Made by a program: the position numbers and the translations under genes. Source: Hormoscilla sp. (GTDB taxonomy: Bacteria; Cyanobacteriota; Cyanobacteriia; Cyanobacteriales; Desertifilaceae). Taken from it: DNA of 50,055 nt. The stretch lies in contig JBFRWI010000033.1 of assembly GCA_051439505.1 (NCBI GenBank), positions 1 to 50,055 of the forward strand. Reading direction: 5' to 3'. This document shows, one piece after another, positions 1-10,069 of the stretch (its first letter is position 1; every line of letters begins with the position of its first letter). The notes beneath the pieces were generated by a model, which did no database searches, had not been told where the DNA came from, and worked only from the letters and a program-made list of their open reading frames with translations.

Positions 1-2
1 CG

Positions 3-86
3 GAACGAATGGATTTTGTAGAACCGCGTGAGTCAGATGTGAAAAGCCCCTTTAACTTGACCGAGGCAAACGTTACCCCTTTTTAG
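3..86 (+). CDS. 3' end of an unidentified CDS entering the window (…ERMDFVEPRESDVKSPFNLTEANVTPF*)
   Basis: Open frame from the window edge to TAG at 84-86, followed by a terminator-like hairpin. Confidence 0.5.
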   Translation, partial: ERMDFVEPRESDVKSPFNLTEANVTPF

Positions 87-110
87 GGAGAGCCGAAAGG
101 CAGCAAAATA

Positions 111-140
111 GTCACTGGCCACGCTGCCGGTGGCTTTTTT
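111..140 (+). terminator. Intrinsic terminator
   Basis: GTCACTGGC…GCCGGTGGC stem followed by TTTTTT. Confidence 0.65.
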
Positions 141-153
141 GCGTCGCGGTCGG

Positions 154-207
154 TGAGCGTGGCCCCTGAGCGTGGTCCCTGAGCGCAGTCGAAGGGTAGC
201 CGAAGGG
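154..207. repeat. REP-like cluster (CCCTGAGCGCAGTCGAAGGG type)
   Basis: Repeated TGAGCGTGG/CCCTGAGCG and GCCGAA units. Confidence 0.5.
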
Positions 208-420
208 GAGCCGAACCGCCTCAACCGCCTTAAGGAGCGGGATTTTCCGGAAATTACCAGTTTTTTAGTATGCTGAGTCATGTTATTAGAGATGCTTTGA
301 TTTGATATTTCCGATTGTCGAACTAGAGGATGCCTAATCTTTCCGGGCTGAGAGGACTTTCATTTTGACTGCATGATATCAATGGATGGCGATCGCCTTT
401 CACCAGTCAGGTTTCACCAG

Positions 421-783
421 TCAGGTTTCACCAGTCACCAGCATCTGGCAGTAGTCGATCGAGGTTTGCAAGCGCGAGACTATTTGCTTTTGCCGCTGTT
501 CTCTGGTAGATAACTGCCGGGATGCTTGCAAAAACGTCAGATCGACAGTCAACAAGCGCATCTGTTTGTGAATTTCCGTTTGTATCGACTGCCATCGCGA
601 GACTAGGGAAGGATCGACGCCCTCAGCAGTCAAACTGGCCACTCGTTCCTGGAAAAATCGTTGTATCCCCGCCCAGTCAAGGTTTTCCTGACCAGAGGAC
701 ACGGTCTCCCGGAACTCCTCCAGGGCCTGCTTAAACTCAAGATAGCATTGGCGATGGCTGTTGGGCAAGATGATGCCAGTCAT
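421..783 (-). CDS. patD: PatD-family protein (heterocyst frequency control protein homologue)
   Basis: QSIQTEIHKQMRLL..DL.FLQASRQ..TR.QR…YC motif; divergent from rel as is usual in cyanobacteria; 14-bp tandem repeat over the stop codon. Confidence 0.8.
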   Translation of the reverse strand: MTGIILPNSHRQCYLEFKQALEEFRETVSSGQENLDWAGIQRFFQERVASLTAEGVDPSLVSRWQSIQTEIHKQMRLLTVDLTFLQASRQLSTREQRQKQIVSRLQTSIDYCQMLVTGET

Positions 784-954
784 GATTTTTCCCGAATGTA
801 AAGAAATTTGTATATATTAATAAAAAGGTATAAACAAAGATTACCATCGGAAATCAATTAACTTGCCAGGCATAATTTCATTCCTGGCAACTAATAAAAC
901 AGAAGATGGCAGATATTTAAGTCGCCGATCTAAAAACCTGATAGGAGTAATAAG

Positions 955-3249
955 ATGAACTTAATGGCACCAACGGCACCAACGGCACCAACGGCACCAG
1001 CTGTTAAACCAGCGGAATCTGTGATTCCTGACTGGCTACAGTCATGTATGATCGTACAGGAGGTCGCCAGTCCCTCCCCAGCAGAAATCTCCCAGACAGA
1101 CAGGAGATTAATTTGTGAAGCATTTGAATTTGCCTACCAACTGCACAAGGGTCAAAACCGGAAATCGGGAGAACCCTACATTTCCCATCCAGTGGCCGTG
1201 GCCGGACTGTTGCGGGAATTAGGCGGTAGTCCAGCAATGATTGCTGCCGGTTTCCTGCACGACGTGGTAGAAGACACCGATGTGACGCCAGAAGAGATCG
1301 AATCTCGGTTTGGCCCGGAAGTGCGGCAAATGGTGGAAGGCGTGACCAAACTCTCCAAGTTGAAGTTCTCCAGTAAGACAGAACGCCAAGCGGAGAACTT
1401 CCGCCGCATGTTCCTGGCAATGGCCCAAGATATCCGGGTGATTGTAGTCAAGCTAGCAGATAGATTGCACAACATGCGGACTCTGGAATATATGCCTGCC
1501 GACAAACAGCGGGTCATTGCTTTGGAAACCAGGGAAATCTTTGCACCGTTGGCCAACAGATTGGGTATCGGGCGGTTTAAGTGGGAACTAGAAGACCTGG
1601 CATTTAAGTACGCAGAACCGGATGACTACCGGCAAATCCAGGAGTTGGTCGCCGAAAAGCGGGCAGACCGGGAAGAGAGACTGCAAAACGTGACCGAAAT
1701 TCTGGAACTGCGTCTGGAGCAAATTGGCATCACCAACGCCGAGATTAGCGGGCGTCCCAAGCACCTGTACAGCATATACCAGAAGATGCAGCGGCAGCAG
1801 AAGCAGTTCGAGGAAATCTTTGATATCGCTGCGGTGCGGATCATTACCCAGACTAATGATGAATGTTACAGGGCCTTGGCGATCGTCCATGATGCGTATC
1901 GTCCCATTCCGGGTCGATTTAAGGATTATATCGGTTTACCGAAACCGAACCGCTATCAATCATTGCATACGGGAGTGATTGGTCCGACAGGTCGTCCTCT
2001 GGAAGTGCAGATCCGCACTCAAGAAATGCATCACATAGCCGAATATGGGATTGCGGCCCATTGGAAGTATAAAGAAACGGGCTCGTCGAGCAATAGCCAG
2101 CTGACAGGAATCGAGGAAAAATTTACTTGGCTGCGGCAGTTGCTAGACTGGCAGAAAGACCTCAAGGATGCTCAGGAATATCTGGAGCATATCAGGGAGG
2201 ATTTATTTGAAGACGAGGTGTACGTGTTTACACCCCGAGGGGATGTGATTGCCCTCAAGCGAGACTCAACACCGGTAGACTTTGCCTATCGGATCCACTC
2301 GGAGGTGGGGAACCATTGTGCGGGTGCGAAAGTGAACGAACGGATGGTGTCTCTGTATACGGTGCTGAAAAATGGCGACATTGTGGAGATTATCACCCAG
2401 AAAAATAGTCACCCGAGCTTGGACTGGCTGAATTTTGTCAAAACTGCGGGGGCGCGAAACCGGATTCGGCAATGGTACAAGCGATCGCACCAGGAAGAGA
2501 ACATTGCTCGGGGTCGGGAAATGCTGGAGAAGGCGTTGGGGAAAAATGGTTTGGAAGCTTTGCTAAAGTCAGAACAGATGCAGGCGGTAGCAGAGCGGTG
2601 CAATTACCAGCGGGTGGAAGATTTACTGGCAGGTTTGGGCTTTGGAGGAGTAACGCTGAATACGGTAGTAAATCGGATCGCAGATGCCAATAAAGCCAAA
2701 GAACCAGTGGAAAATCTGTCCCGAGAGTCCGAGATTGCCAATCTGCTGGTATCGTCTCCTCCTCAGCAAGATGGAAAAAACACTCGGGGTTGCCCGATCG
2801 CGGGAGTAGAAGGATTATTGCATCATCTCGCTGGGTGCTGCAACCCCATTCCCGGGGAAGCAATTATTGGGGTAGTGACGCGGATGCGGGGAATTTCCAT
2901 ACATCAGCAAGGCTGTCCGAATGTGGATCGGGTTCCAGGGGAGAGGTTGATCCCGGTAAGCTGGAATGCTACTAATGGCGAGACCAAGCGGGCGCCAACT
3001 TACACGGTGCAGGTGCAAATTGATGTGATCGATCGGGTGGGGGTACTGAAGGACATTTTATTACACTTGAGCGAACACGGCGTAAATGTCCGTAATGTTC
3101 AGGTAAGCACGAGCATGGGTAAGCCAGCGATAATTTACTTGGGAATGGATATTTGCAATCTACAGCAATTTGAACGGATCTGTTCGAGAATCAAAAAGAT
3201 GAGTGATATCCTCAATATCCGCCGTATAGGGAAACTGGAAGCATCCTAA
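955..3249 (+). CDS. rel: Bifunctional (p)ppGpp synthetase/hydrolase (RelA/SpoT)
   Basis: HD motif LHDVVED, KLADRLHNMRTL, synthetase RFKDYI/YQSLHT/EVQIRT, TGS (TPVDFAY), CC and ACT domains. Confidence 0.98.
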   Translation: MNLMAPTAPTAPTAPAVKPAESVIPDWLQSCMIVQEVASPSPAEISQTDRRLICEAFEFAYQLHKGQNRKSGEPYISHPVAVAGLLRELGGSPAMIAAGFLHDVVEDTDVTPEEIESRFGPEVRQMVEGVTKLSKLKFSSKTERQAENFRRMFLAMAQDIRVIVVKLADRLHNMRTLEYMPADKQRVIALETREIFAPLANRLGIGRFKWELEDLAFKYAEPDDYRQIQELVAEKRADREERLQNVTEILELRLEQIGITNAEISGRPKHLYSIYQKMQRQQKQFEEIFDIAAVRIITQTNDECYRALAIVHDAYRPIPGRFKDYIGLPKPNRYQSLHTGVIGPTGRPLEVQIRTQEMHHIAEYGIAAHWKYKETGSSSNSQLTGIEEKFTWLRQLLDWQKDLKDAQEYLEHIREDLFEDEVYVFTPRGDVIALKRDSTPVDFAYRIHSEVGNHCAGAKVNERMVSLYTVLKNGDIVEIITQKNSHPSLDWLNFVKTAGARNRIRQWYKRSHQEENIARGREMLEKALGKNGLEALLKSEQMQAVAERCNYQRVEDLLAGLGFGGVTLNTVVNRIADANKAKEPVENLSRESEIANLLVSSPPQQDGKNTRGCPIAGVEGLLHHLAGCCNPIPGEAIIGVVTRMRGISIHQQGCPNVDRVPGERLIPVSWNATNGETKRAPTYTVQVQIDVIDRVGVLKDILLHLSEHGVNVRNVQVSTSMGKPAIIYLGMDICNLQQFERICSRIKKMSDILNIRRIGKLEAS

Positions 3250-3409
3250 AATGCTTGTACGAGCATCATGCCAAGTTGAAAAGCTGAGGGCCTCTTCGTC
3301 GTCGGAGTCATAGTCATCGGAGTTGCCATGAAACATACTGCTTAAGATTGAACTTTGGAGGCAACCATAGGTTATAATTGCAGCAAAAATTTATCCCAGT
3401 AGGATATAG

Positions 3410-4840
3410 ATGACTATAGCTACAAATCCCAATCCCTGGCTCGGTCTCGACTACGAAGGTGCGATCGCCTCCTTGGGAGACGACTACTACGATGAAGTGG
3501 CAGCGGCGGAATTTCCCCAGCAGATCCTGAGATGGCGGAATGACGACCTGCTACCCCTGCTGGGGTTAGATCCCAAAGAGGTCACAGACGAACATTTTAT
3601 CGAAGCCTTTGGCAAATTCCCAGGAGTGCGTCCCTTTTTAGCATTGTGTTATCACGGCTATCAGTTTGGTACATATAACCCCCAACTGGGAGATGGCCGA
3701 GGTTTTCTGTACGGACAAGTACGGGGTATAGATGGGGAATTATACGACTTGGGCACGAAAGGTTCGGGCCGGACGCCCTATTCTCGTAGCGCTGATGGTA
3801 GACTTACCCTCAAAGGTGGGGTGCGGGAAGTGTTAGCAGCGGAAGCATTACATCGCTTGGGTGTCTGCACTTCCCGTTGTTTGAGCATGGTGGAAACGGG
3901 AGAACAGCTATGGAGGGGGGATGAACCATCTCCAACTCGTTCCTGCGTGATGGTGCGTTTCAGTCGTTCCCACATCCGCTTTGGCACCTTTGAAAGGTTG
4001 CGTTATTTTGAGCGTACCGATTTAATTAAGAAGCTGTTAGATCATGTAATTGATGTTTATTATCCTCCCCATCCGCCCTTGGTCATGCAGGAGAGTGAAG
4101 TAGACAGATACCTGCGATTTTATGAGGAATTAGTGCAACGGGTGGCTGCTTTAGTGGCGCAATGGATGGCAGCAGGGTTTTGTCATGGGGTGCTGAATAC
4201 GGATAATATGTCGATTACTGGGGAAAGTTTTGATTACGGTCCCTACGCTTTCATTCCTCATTATGACTCCAAGTTTACTGCTGCCTATTTCGATTATTCC
4301 GGACGTTACAGTTACGGGAATCAGCCGCTGATTTGCAAGTGGAATTTAGAATTGTTGCAAGCAGCATTATTAAGAGTAATTCCTGCGGGAGAGATGGACA
4401 GTATTTTAGCTAGATTTGATGAGTATTATCAGAGTAGCTATGGAGAGTTAATGATGAAGAGACTGGGGTTGTCCTCAGTGGCAGTCGGGGAAGCAGAGGA
4501 GTTACTGCAATTGACTATTGAGGTGTTAAAGGATACCCAGGTAGGTTATCAGCAGTTTTTCATGGCCTTGAGTGAGGAGTTTCAGCCCAACTGGCGGGAT
4601 GATGCAGATAATATCCCCAATTTTGCTTCGGCAGTTCCTTGGGAGAAATGGCGAAGATTATATCAGCGGGTTTTGCAGAGTTTACCTCCTGCCCAGATGG
4701 ATAGTGTCGCGAGTCGCTTGGAAAAGTATAATCCGAAAACGGTGTTGCTCAGACCCGCGATCGAATCTGTGTGGTCGGAAATTGTCGAGTTTGATGATTG
4801 GCAGCCGTTTTATCAGTTGGTGCAGGATATAAAGGAGTAG
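3410..4840 (+). CDS. selO: Protein adenylyltransferase SelO (YdiU/UPF0061)
   Basis: [48 protein letters not shown]. Confidence 0.95.
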   Translation: MTIATNPNPWLGLDYEGAIASLGDDYYDEVAAAEFPQQILRWRNDDLLPLLGLDPKEVTDEHFIEAFGKFPGVRPFLALCYHGYQFGTYNPQLGDGRGFLYGQVRGIDGELYDLGTKGSGRTPYSRSADGRLTLKGGVREVLAAEALHRLGVCTSRCLSMVETGEQLWRGDEPSPTRSCVMVRFSRSHIRFGTFERLRYFERTDLIKKLLDHVIDVYYPPHPPLVMQESEVDRYLRFYEELVQRVAALVAQWMAAGFCHGVLNTDNMSITGESFDYGPYAFIPHYDSKFTAAYFDYSGRYSYGNQPLICKWNLELLQAALLRVIPAGEMDSILARFDEYYQSSYGELMMKRLGLSSVAVGEAEELLQLTIEVLKDTQVGYQQFFMALSEEFQPNWRDDADNIPNFASAVPWEKWRRLYQRVLQSLPPAQMDSVASRLEKYNPKTVLLRPAIESVWSEIVEFDDWQPFYQLVQDIKE

Positions 4841-4860
4841 GTTGGGGTTAGTCACGCAAG

Positions 4861-5013
4861 CTGTTAGCCCGCCGGGGGTTGCAAACCCAAAGGCTTTTAG
4901 CTGAAGTCGGTTAAAATTGACATCTTGCACCATTGGAAATTAGTCTCCTGGCCCGCCGGGGGTTCAAACCCCCGGCTAATAGCTAAAGTGGGTTAAAACC
5001 CACTAAAAGCATT
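4861..5013 (+). repeat. Two copies of a double-hairpin dispersed repeat (CCCGCCGGGGGTTCAAACCCCCGGCTAATAGCTAAAGTGGGTTAAAACCCACT)
   Basis: Near-identical copies at 23601-23665 and 49982-50055 (reverse); remnant at 34935-34961. Confidence 0.85.
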
Positions 5014-5328
5014 GTCCAGAAAGCGTTTAGTTAATTACTGCTATGTCTATTTTATCATAGAAATAGGGTCTATAGAACCTGATGTTTACGCCGCTGGCTA
5101 ACCTACATCTATTATATAGTGCCCCGATCGCCCATTGACGGGCGATCGCATTATGTCGGGGCGGGTTGCGCCTATCCATAACATTGGGGTCGCGCCGGGG
5201 CACAAAATATTAAATTGATAAGATTTACCGATAATCTATTGATGCCGTACACCTACATAACATCAAATCACCCATACCATCTGCTGTCGCGTCTGGGCAG
5301 GTAAGCGCTAGTATTGTAATTGTAGAGA

Positions 5329-5483
5329 TATAGCGTTTCTCAAATTGATGTGGGACATAAAAATTACCTACTTGTCATTGCGAGGGGGGGGGAGTAAGGC
5401 GAGGAACTTATGCTTTCATATAGTTACCCCCCCCCCTGAAGCAATCTCCAACAACATATCACAGTAATATGAGAACTGCTATA
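5329..5483. mobile_element. MITE-like element with imperfect ~25-bp terminal inverted repeats
   Basis: TATAGCGTTTCTCAAATTGATGTG … CACAGTAATATGAGAACTGCTATA; internal GTCATTGCGAGG…GAAGCAATCTC with pairing G-run and C-run. Confidence 0.6.
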
Positions 5484-5507
5484 TAATTCAAAAATCAAAT
5501 AGTGCCG

Positions 5508-5834
5508 ATGATAGTCAAAGAATTAGAAACACAGCTACTTGCCTTAACCGCTGCCGAGAAAGCTGACGTTATCCAGATATTAGCTCGTAGTATCAACAAC
5601 AGATGGCGTGGGATTAGCAAAACACCTGGTGTCTGCGGTGGCGATGCCTGCATCACCGGAACTCGCATTCCCGTTTGGGTACTGGTAAACGCACGTAATT
5701 TAGGCATCAGCGAATCTCAACTTCTCTATGACTATCCGACTCTGAGTGCTACTGACTTAACAAATGCTTGGGTTTATGCTGAGGCAAATCATCTTGAAAT
5801 TGAAACCGCAATCCGAGATAATGAGGAAGATTAA
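5508..5834 (+). CDS. DUF433-domain putative antitoxin
   Basis: KTPGVCGGDACITGTRIPVW…YPTLS..DL..AW.Y; ATG at 5508 preferred over GTG at 5502. Confidence 0.9.
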   Translation: MIVKELETQLLALTAAEKADVIQILARSINNRWRGISKTPGVCGGDACITGTRIPVWVLVNARNLGISESQLLYDYPTLSATDLTNAWVYAEANHLEIETAIRDNEED

Positions 5835-6197
5835 ATGGCACGTCTCTATGCAGATGAACAATTTCCCCGGCGGGTTGTGGAATTACTCATAAATTTGGGT
5901 CATGATGTTCTGACAGTTCAGTTATCTGGAAACGCCGGAAGGTCGGACGAAGAAGTGCTAGCTTTTGCTGTGAGCGAAAATCGTGCAGTTTTGACCCTTG
6001 ACAGACGTGATTTTAAGCGCTTGCATAGGCAACAACCCGAACACTCTGGCATTATTGTCTGCACTGACAACCAAGACAGAGAGCAGATGGCTACTAGCAT
6101 TAATGAGGCTATTGATGCCGCTGAGACTTTGGCTGGCAAACTGATTCGAGTCTATAAATCCCCCAATACTTCTCTGGTGAAAGGGAGTGGGGAATAG
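5835..6197 (+). CDS. DUF5615-type PIN-like toxin
   Basis: LYADE.FP…GHDV.TV…SDEEVL.FA..ENR.VLT.DRRDF…H.GII; abuts the DUF433 stop. Confidence 0.9.
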   Translation: MARLYADEQFPRRVVELLINLGHDVLTVQLSGNAGRSDEEVLAFAVSENRAVLTLDRRDFKRLHRQQPEHSGIIVCTDNQDREQMATSINEAIDAAETLAGKLIRVYKSPNTSLVKGSGE

Positions 6198-6220
6198 GGA
6201 GGAAAAAAGGGCGATCACAG

Positions 6221-6706
6221 CTACTCTCCTACTGCTTGCAAGACGCGATGGTATAGCCGATCGCTCACCCAAAATTCTGCTATGGTAATTAAATCATCCA
6301 GAATCGGTTTTACAGCAGAAATCAAACCTTTGTGTTTTGCTTCAATCAATACTCCTAAAATTCCCGTAAGTTTCAGTCCATATTCAGCAGCGACTTTTCT
6401 GCCCAATTCTTCATCTATTAGCAACCAGTCCGCATTTAATGAGATCGCCAGAACAATAGCTTCTGATTCTCCTTCATGCAGTTGAGTTTGCAGGTAAGTT
6501 GCCAGTGTTAAGTTGGTAATATTTTGCGTCTGAATCCAATTTTCAGTCTGCACTTCCATTGCACCGGGAATTGTATCCCCTTGGCGAGTCAATTCCTGGT
6601 AAACCGCTGAGGGAATAATGATGTTGTTGTAGAGTTGTTGTAAGAGATGTAGCTGTCCTACCGCTGCTAAATTAGTGATAGGCGAAGTGTTACTGACGAC
6701 AATCAT
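6221..6706 (-). CDS. DUF3368-type PIN-domain protein (putative toxin)
   Basis: IVVSNTSPITNL, IP.AVY.EL, GESEAI.LA, LLIDE..GR, GILGVL. Confidence 0.9.
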   Translation of the reverse strand: MIVVSNTSPITNLAAVGQLHLLQQLYNNIIIPSAVYQELTRQGDTIPGAMEVQTENWIQTQNITNLTLATYLQTQLHEGESEAIVLAISLNADWLLIDEELGRKVAAEYGLKLTGILGVLIEAKHKGLISAVKPILDDLITIAEFWVSDRLYHRVLQAVGE

Positions 6707-6948
6707 AAGCGACCCATCTCCCGTAGGTTTTCTAGGTCGGTTTCAAAATCAGCAACGTCGTAATGGACGGTAATTTTTCGACTTGCGAGTTCATGTTGAA
6801 ACTGAAGTAAGTGCATGCGGGCAAGGTGGGCAGCTTTTCCAATACTGATTTTCTTTTTTTGGAACAGCATAATGATAATTTCTAGGGTAAACTCCGCTTC
6901 GGACATCCCGCTAGCTTGGAATATGTCATCGTCAATGGCTATGAGCAT
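6703..6948 (-). CDS. UPF0175-family protein (putative antitoxin)
   Basis: LFQKKKISIGKAA.LA…FQHELA.R.I.VHYD..DF..DL; 4-bp overlap with the PIN gene. Confidence 0.9.
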   Translation of the reverse strand: MLIAIDDDIFQASGMSEAEFTLEIIIMLFQKKKISIGKAAHLARMHLLQFQHELASRKITVHYDVADFETDLENLREMGRL

Positions 6949-7082
6949 TGTATTTTATCCTGACTTGCTGACATAATTATAACAAGATCCGATAACTATT
7001 GCTTTATGTAACGGGATTGTTACAGCGCAGAGGCGATCGCATTTTATCCTGGAAAATACGATCGCCTCTATCGCGAGCATTT

Positions 7083-7307
7083 CTAGCTAAGTTGAGCTTC
7101 CTTGAGGATCTCCTTTCTGCTAGGATCGGGAAGAGGCATTGATGACGGAATCAGTGCCGGTTGGGGACTGCGCCGGACCAGGCGATCGCGATACTTTTCC
7201 TGAACTTGGCACATATACTCATAGAAAAGCTGCTCGTCATGTTGGCAAGCTTCGTCCATTTCCAGACGGATACGACGGATTTCTTCAAGAATTGGGTCTC
7301 GTGTCAT
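7083..7307 (-). CDS. Small protein coupled to a PIN toxin (putative antitoxin)
   Basis: DPILEEIRRIR motif; start overlaps the end of the upstream PIN gene. Confidence 0.7.
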   Translation of the reverse strand: MTRDPILEEIRRIRLEMDEACQHDEQLFYEYMCQVQEKYRDRLVRRSPQPALIPSSMPLPDPSRKEILKEAQLS

Positions 7308-7791
7308 ATTCAAGCTCCATTAATTCTGCTGGTGTACAAATTATCGGAGTGCGGATGCCATATTGAGCATTAATGCTTTCAATTTTTCTCTTAAAATTGC
7401 CATTGACGATATGGGTACAGTTCCAAGATAGCAAAAAATCAATCCCCTGGTTTGAAGCCAAAGCCAAGTGATAGGAATCAGCTCTAGCTTTTAAAGGTAT
7501 TTGCAGCGCTTCAAAATATATATTTGCGAGGCTACGGACTGCTGACGTTATCTCTAAAACTGCCAAACCAGACACTTGTGCTAGGCGTAACTGTGCTGCT
7601 TGACTATCTCCCTTGGCAATTTCTTCTAAAACAGTCGGAGAAATGACTGCTTCATAATTGGGTAATGCTGTCTCCCACCAGTCCCGGGTAATCTGTTGAT
7701 GGGCTGCTACTATTAGATCGCGACTCGGTCTTGCTGTCAAATAACTGATTACACTTGTCTCGATATATACCGTTGGTTTTAGTTCTGGCAT
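7285..7791 (-). CDS. VapC-family PIN-domain protein
   Basis: VYIETSVISYLTARPSRD, V.EEI..GD, ADSYHLALA, LLSWNCTHI.N, PIICTP.EL. Confidence 0.9.
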   Translation of the reverse strand: MPELKPTVYIETSVISYLTARPSRDLIVAAHQQITRDWWETALPNYEAVISPTVLEEIAKGDSQAAQLRLAQVSGLAVLEITSAVRSLANIYFEALQIPLKARADSYHLALASNQGIDFLLSWNCTHIVNGNFKRKIESINAQYGIRTPIICTPAELMELEYDTRPNS

Positions 7792-7879
7792 CAGGCAGAT
7801 TATTTGAGCAATTGGCTATCTTTCAATTATAGATGCTTTTCGCAGCAGTTAAGCTGTAGCCTTCAAAAGATATTGCCCA

Positions 7880-7942
7880 GGGTAAAGACTAAAGTCTTTA
7901 CTACAAACCACCGGGGTAAAGACTAAAGTCTTTACTACAAAC
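7880..7942. repeat. Tandem pair of a 29-bp palindromic REP-like unit
   Basis: GGGTAAAGACTAAAGTCTTTACTACAAAC twice. Confidence 0.8.
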
Positions 7943-7964
7943 GGGGCGATCGCCCTGAAATTCC

Positions 7965-8150
7965 TTACTGTCCAAACTCCACGCGGGCCTGTTCCACAAT
8001 CTCGACCGTTACCACATCGGACCCCGTCTGCCGGGCCAACTCCTCAATCCGTTGACGGGCGGGCGATCGCACAAAAAAGGGAATACTTTTCAGTTTCGCC
8101 TTCGCTTCAGGCGTCCATTTCAATTCATCTGCTATATCTGAATCTTCCAT
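7965..8150 (-). CDS. PCP-reductase (ChlB C-terminal-like) single-domain protein
   Basis: WT.EA.A.LK.IPFFVR..AR.RIE.LAR…VT.E.VEQAR. Confidence 0.88.
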   Translation of the reverse strand: MEDSDIADELKWTPEAKAKLKSIPFFVRSPARQRIEELARQTGSDVVTVEIVEQARVEFGQ

Positions 8151-8237
8151 AGCAAAGCCCTTACATATTAGCTTATATTTGATTTTATCTTATTGTAGCG
8201 CGATTTTTACCCAACCAGCGTGGGTCTCTACAGTCGT

Positions 8238-8269
8238 AAAAAAAAAGCTCCTGCGTAATATGCAGGAGC
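8238..8269 (-). terminator. Intrinsic terminator of the psbC paralogue
   Basis: GCTCCTGCATATTACGCAGGAGC hairpin followed by T9 on the minus strand. Confidence 0.85.
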
Positions 8270-8314
8270 CCAAATAAATTCAAGAGAAACAATTCTCTTT
8301 ACATGGATAGATTC

Positions 8315-9700
8315 TTAGTCGAGGTCAGGCATAGACAGCACTGGCTCCGTTTCCCGATCGATTCCCTTTTCAAAGCCAGCAGCAGCAGCGCGAGCGCGAC
8401 CAGCGTGCCACAGATGTCCGACCAAGAAGAAGAAACCGAGAATGAAGTGAGAGCCTGCCAGCCAGGCACGGGGATTAACATAGTTAAAACCTTGAGCTTC
8501 CGTGATAATTCCACCCACAGAGTTGATAGAACCATTAGGAGCATGAGTCATGTACTCAGATGCACGACGAACTTGCCAAGGTTGAATATCGTTCCTCAGC
8601 TTGTTCAAGTCCAGACCGTTGGGGCCACGCAGAGGCTCCAACCAGGGACCTTGGAAATCCCAGAAACGCATCGTTTCACCACCGAAGATGATTTCCCCAG
8701 TCGGAGAACGCATCAGGTACTTACCCAGACCCGTAGGACCTTGAGAAGAAGCGATGTTAGCACCCAGTTTCTGGTCGCGGACCAAGAACACGAAAGACTG
8801 AGCCTGAGAGGCTTCCGCATTTGTCGGACCGTAAAATTCGCTGGGATAAGCCGTATTGTTGAACCACACGTAGGCAGCGGCAATGAAGCCCATAAAGCAC
8901 AGGGCGCCCAAGCTGTAGGAGAGATAAGCTTCACCAGACCAGATGAAAGCGCGACGGGCCCAACCAAAAGGCTTAGTCAGAATGTGCCAGACACCACCAC
9001 CAATGCAGATCAGACCAATCCAGATGTGACCGCCGATGATATCTTCCATGTTATTGACGCCGATGATCCAGCCCTCTCCACCGAAGGGAGAACTCACCAA
9101 ATAACCGAAGATAACTGCGGGGTTGAGGGTAGGATTAGTGATGACGCGCACGTCACCGCCACCGGGTGCCCAGGTATCATAGACACCACCAAAGAACATG
9201 GCCTTAAACACCAGCAACAGAGCACCACAACCCAACAGGATCAGGTGGTAGCCGATGATGTTGGTCATTTGGTTCTTGTCTTTCCAGTCATAACCGAAGA
9301 AGTCGGAATATTCTTCTAAGGTTTCTGGACCGCGAAGGGCGTGATATAGACCTCCCAGACCGAGAACTGCCGACGAAATTAGGTGCAGCACGCCGATCAC
9401 AAAGTAGGGGAAGACATCTACCACTTCACCGCCAGGACCAACGCCCCAGCCGAGAGTGGCCATGTGAGGCATTAAGATGAAGCCTTGCTCGTACATGGGC
9501 TTTTCCGGGACGAAGTGAGCGACCTCAAACAGCGTCATTGCCCCAGCCCAGAATACGATCAGACCAGCGTGGGCCACGTGAGCGCCCAGTAGCTTACCGG
9601 ACAGGTCGATCAGACGGGCGTTACCCGCCCACCAGGCAAACCCGGTGGATTCTAGGTCGCGACCGCTTACCACCATTGAACTATTAATTGCTTGTGTCAT
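8315..9700 (-). CDS. psbC: Photosystem II CP43 (PsbC) paralogue, stand-alone
   Basis: [11 protein letters not shown], full lumenal loop E with [10 protein letters not shown]-terminal [21 protein letters not shown] at 9700 follows an AAGAGG RBS; no psbD upstream. Confidence 0.92.
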   Translation of the reverse strand: MTQAINSSMVVSGRDLESTGFAWWAGNARLIDLSGKLLGAHVAHAGLIVFWAGAMTLFEVAHFVPEKPMYEQGFILMPHMATLGWGVGPGGEVVDVFPYFVIGVLHLISSAVLGLGGLYHALRGPETLEEYSDFFGYDWKDKNQMTNIIGYHLILLGCGALLLVFKAMFFGGVYDTWAPGGGDVRVITNPTLNPAVIFGYLVSSPFGGEGWIIGVNNMEDIIGGHIWIGLICIGGGVWHILTKPFGWARRAFIWSGEAYLSYSLGALCFMGFIAAAYVWFNNTAYPSEFYGPTNAEASQAQSFVFLVRDQKLGANIASSQGPTGLGKYLMRSPTGEIIFGGETMRFWDFQGPWLEPLRGPNGLDLNKLRNDIQPWQVRRASEYMTHAPNGSINSVGGIITEAQGFNYVNPRAWLAGSHFILGFFFLVGHLWHAGRARAAAAGFEKGIDRETEPVLSMPDLD

Positions 9701-10069
9701 AACCTCTTTTGCGATCGACAAAACAGTCAAATTTTATGTTAGCCTTGGCCATTTTGCTCTGACCAACCACCTGAACTTAGCCGATCTGGGCTGACTTGAG
9801 GTGCTGGGCAGCCATTGGAGTCAGCCGGTGGCTAATTCATTTTTCTTAACATAGCACATTTTTCTGGGAATGACAGGCAAATCCTTGAGAGGATTGGCTT
9901 TCCCCGATAAATTCTATAATAATGCTTCGGTGAAAAATTTACAATATTTTACATGGATTCTCATAAAATTCCTTGAAAGCCTTACGGGACAGGCGTTTAA
10001 GACCTGTAGAGATCCGACAAGGACCGAATTATACTCAAAATTATACTCAAAGTGCCATGGCTAAGGGTA

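Noticed and set aside
33..281. 82-aa minus-strand ORF
   Set aside because: Made of a terminator and REP-like repeats, antisense to the incoming CDS
8303..9319. 338-aa ORF antisense to psbC
   Set aside because: Shadow frame of a strongly codon-biased gene; no RBS or recognisable motif
8315..9700. IsiA/Pcb antenna or far-red (FaRLiP) PsbC
   Set aside because: Loop E is complete, unlike IsiA; no neighbouring FaRLiP psb/apc/rfp genes
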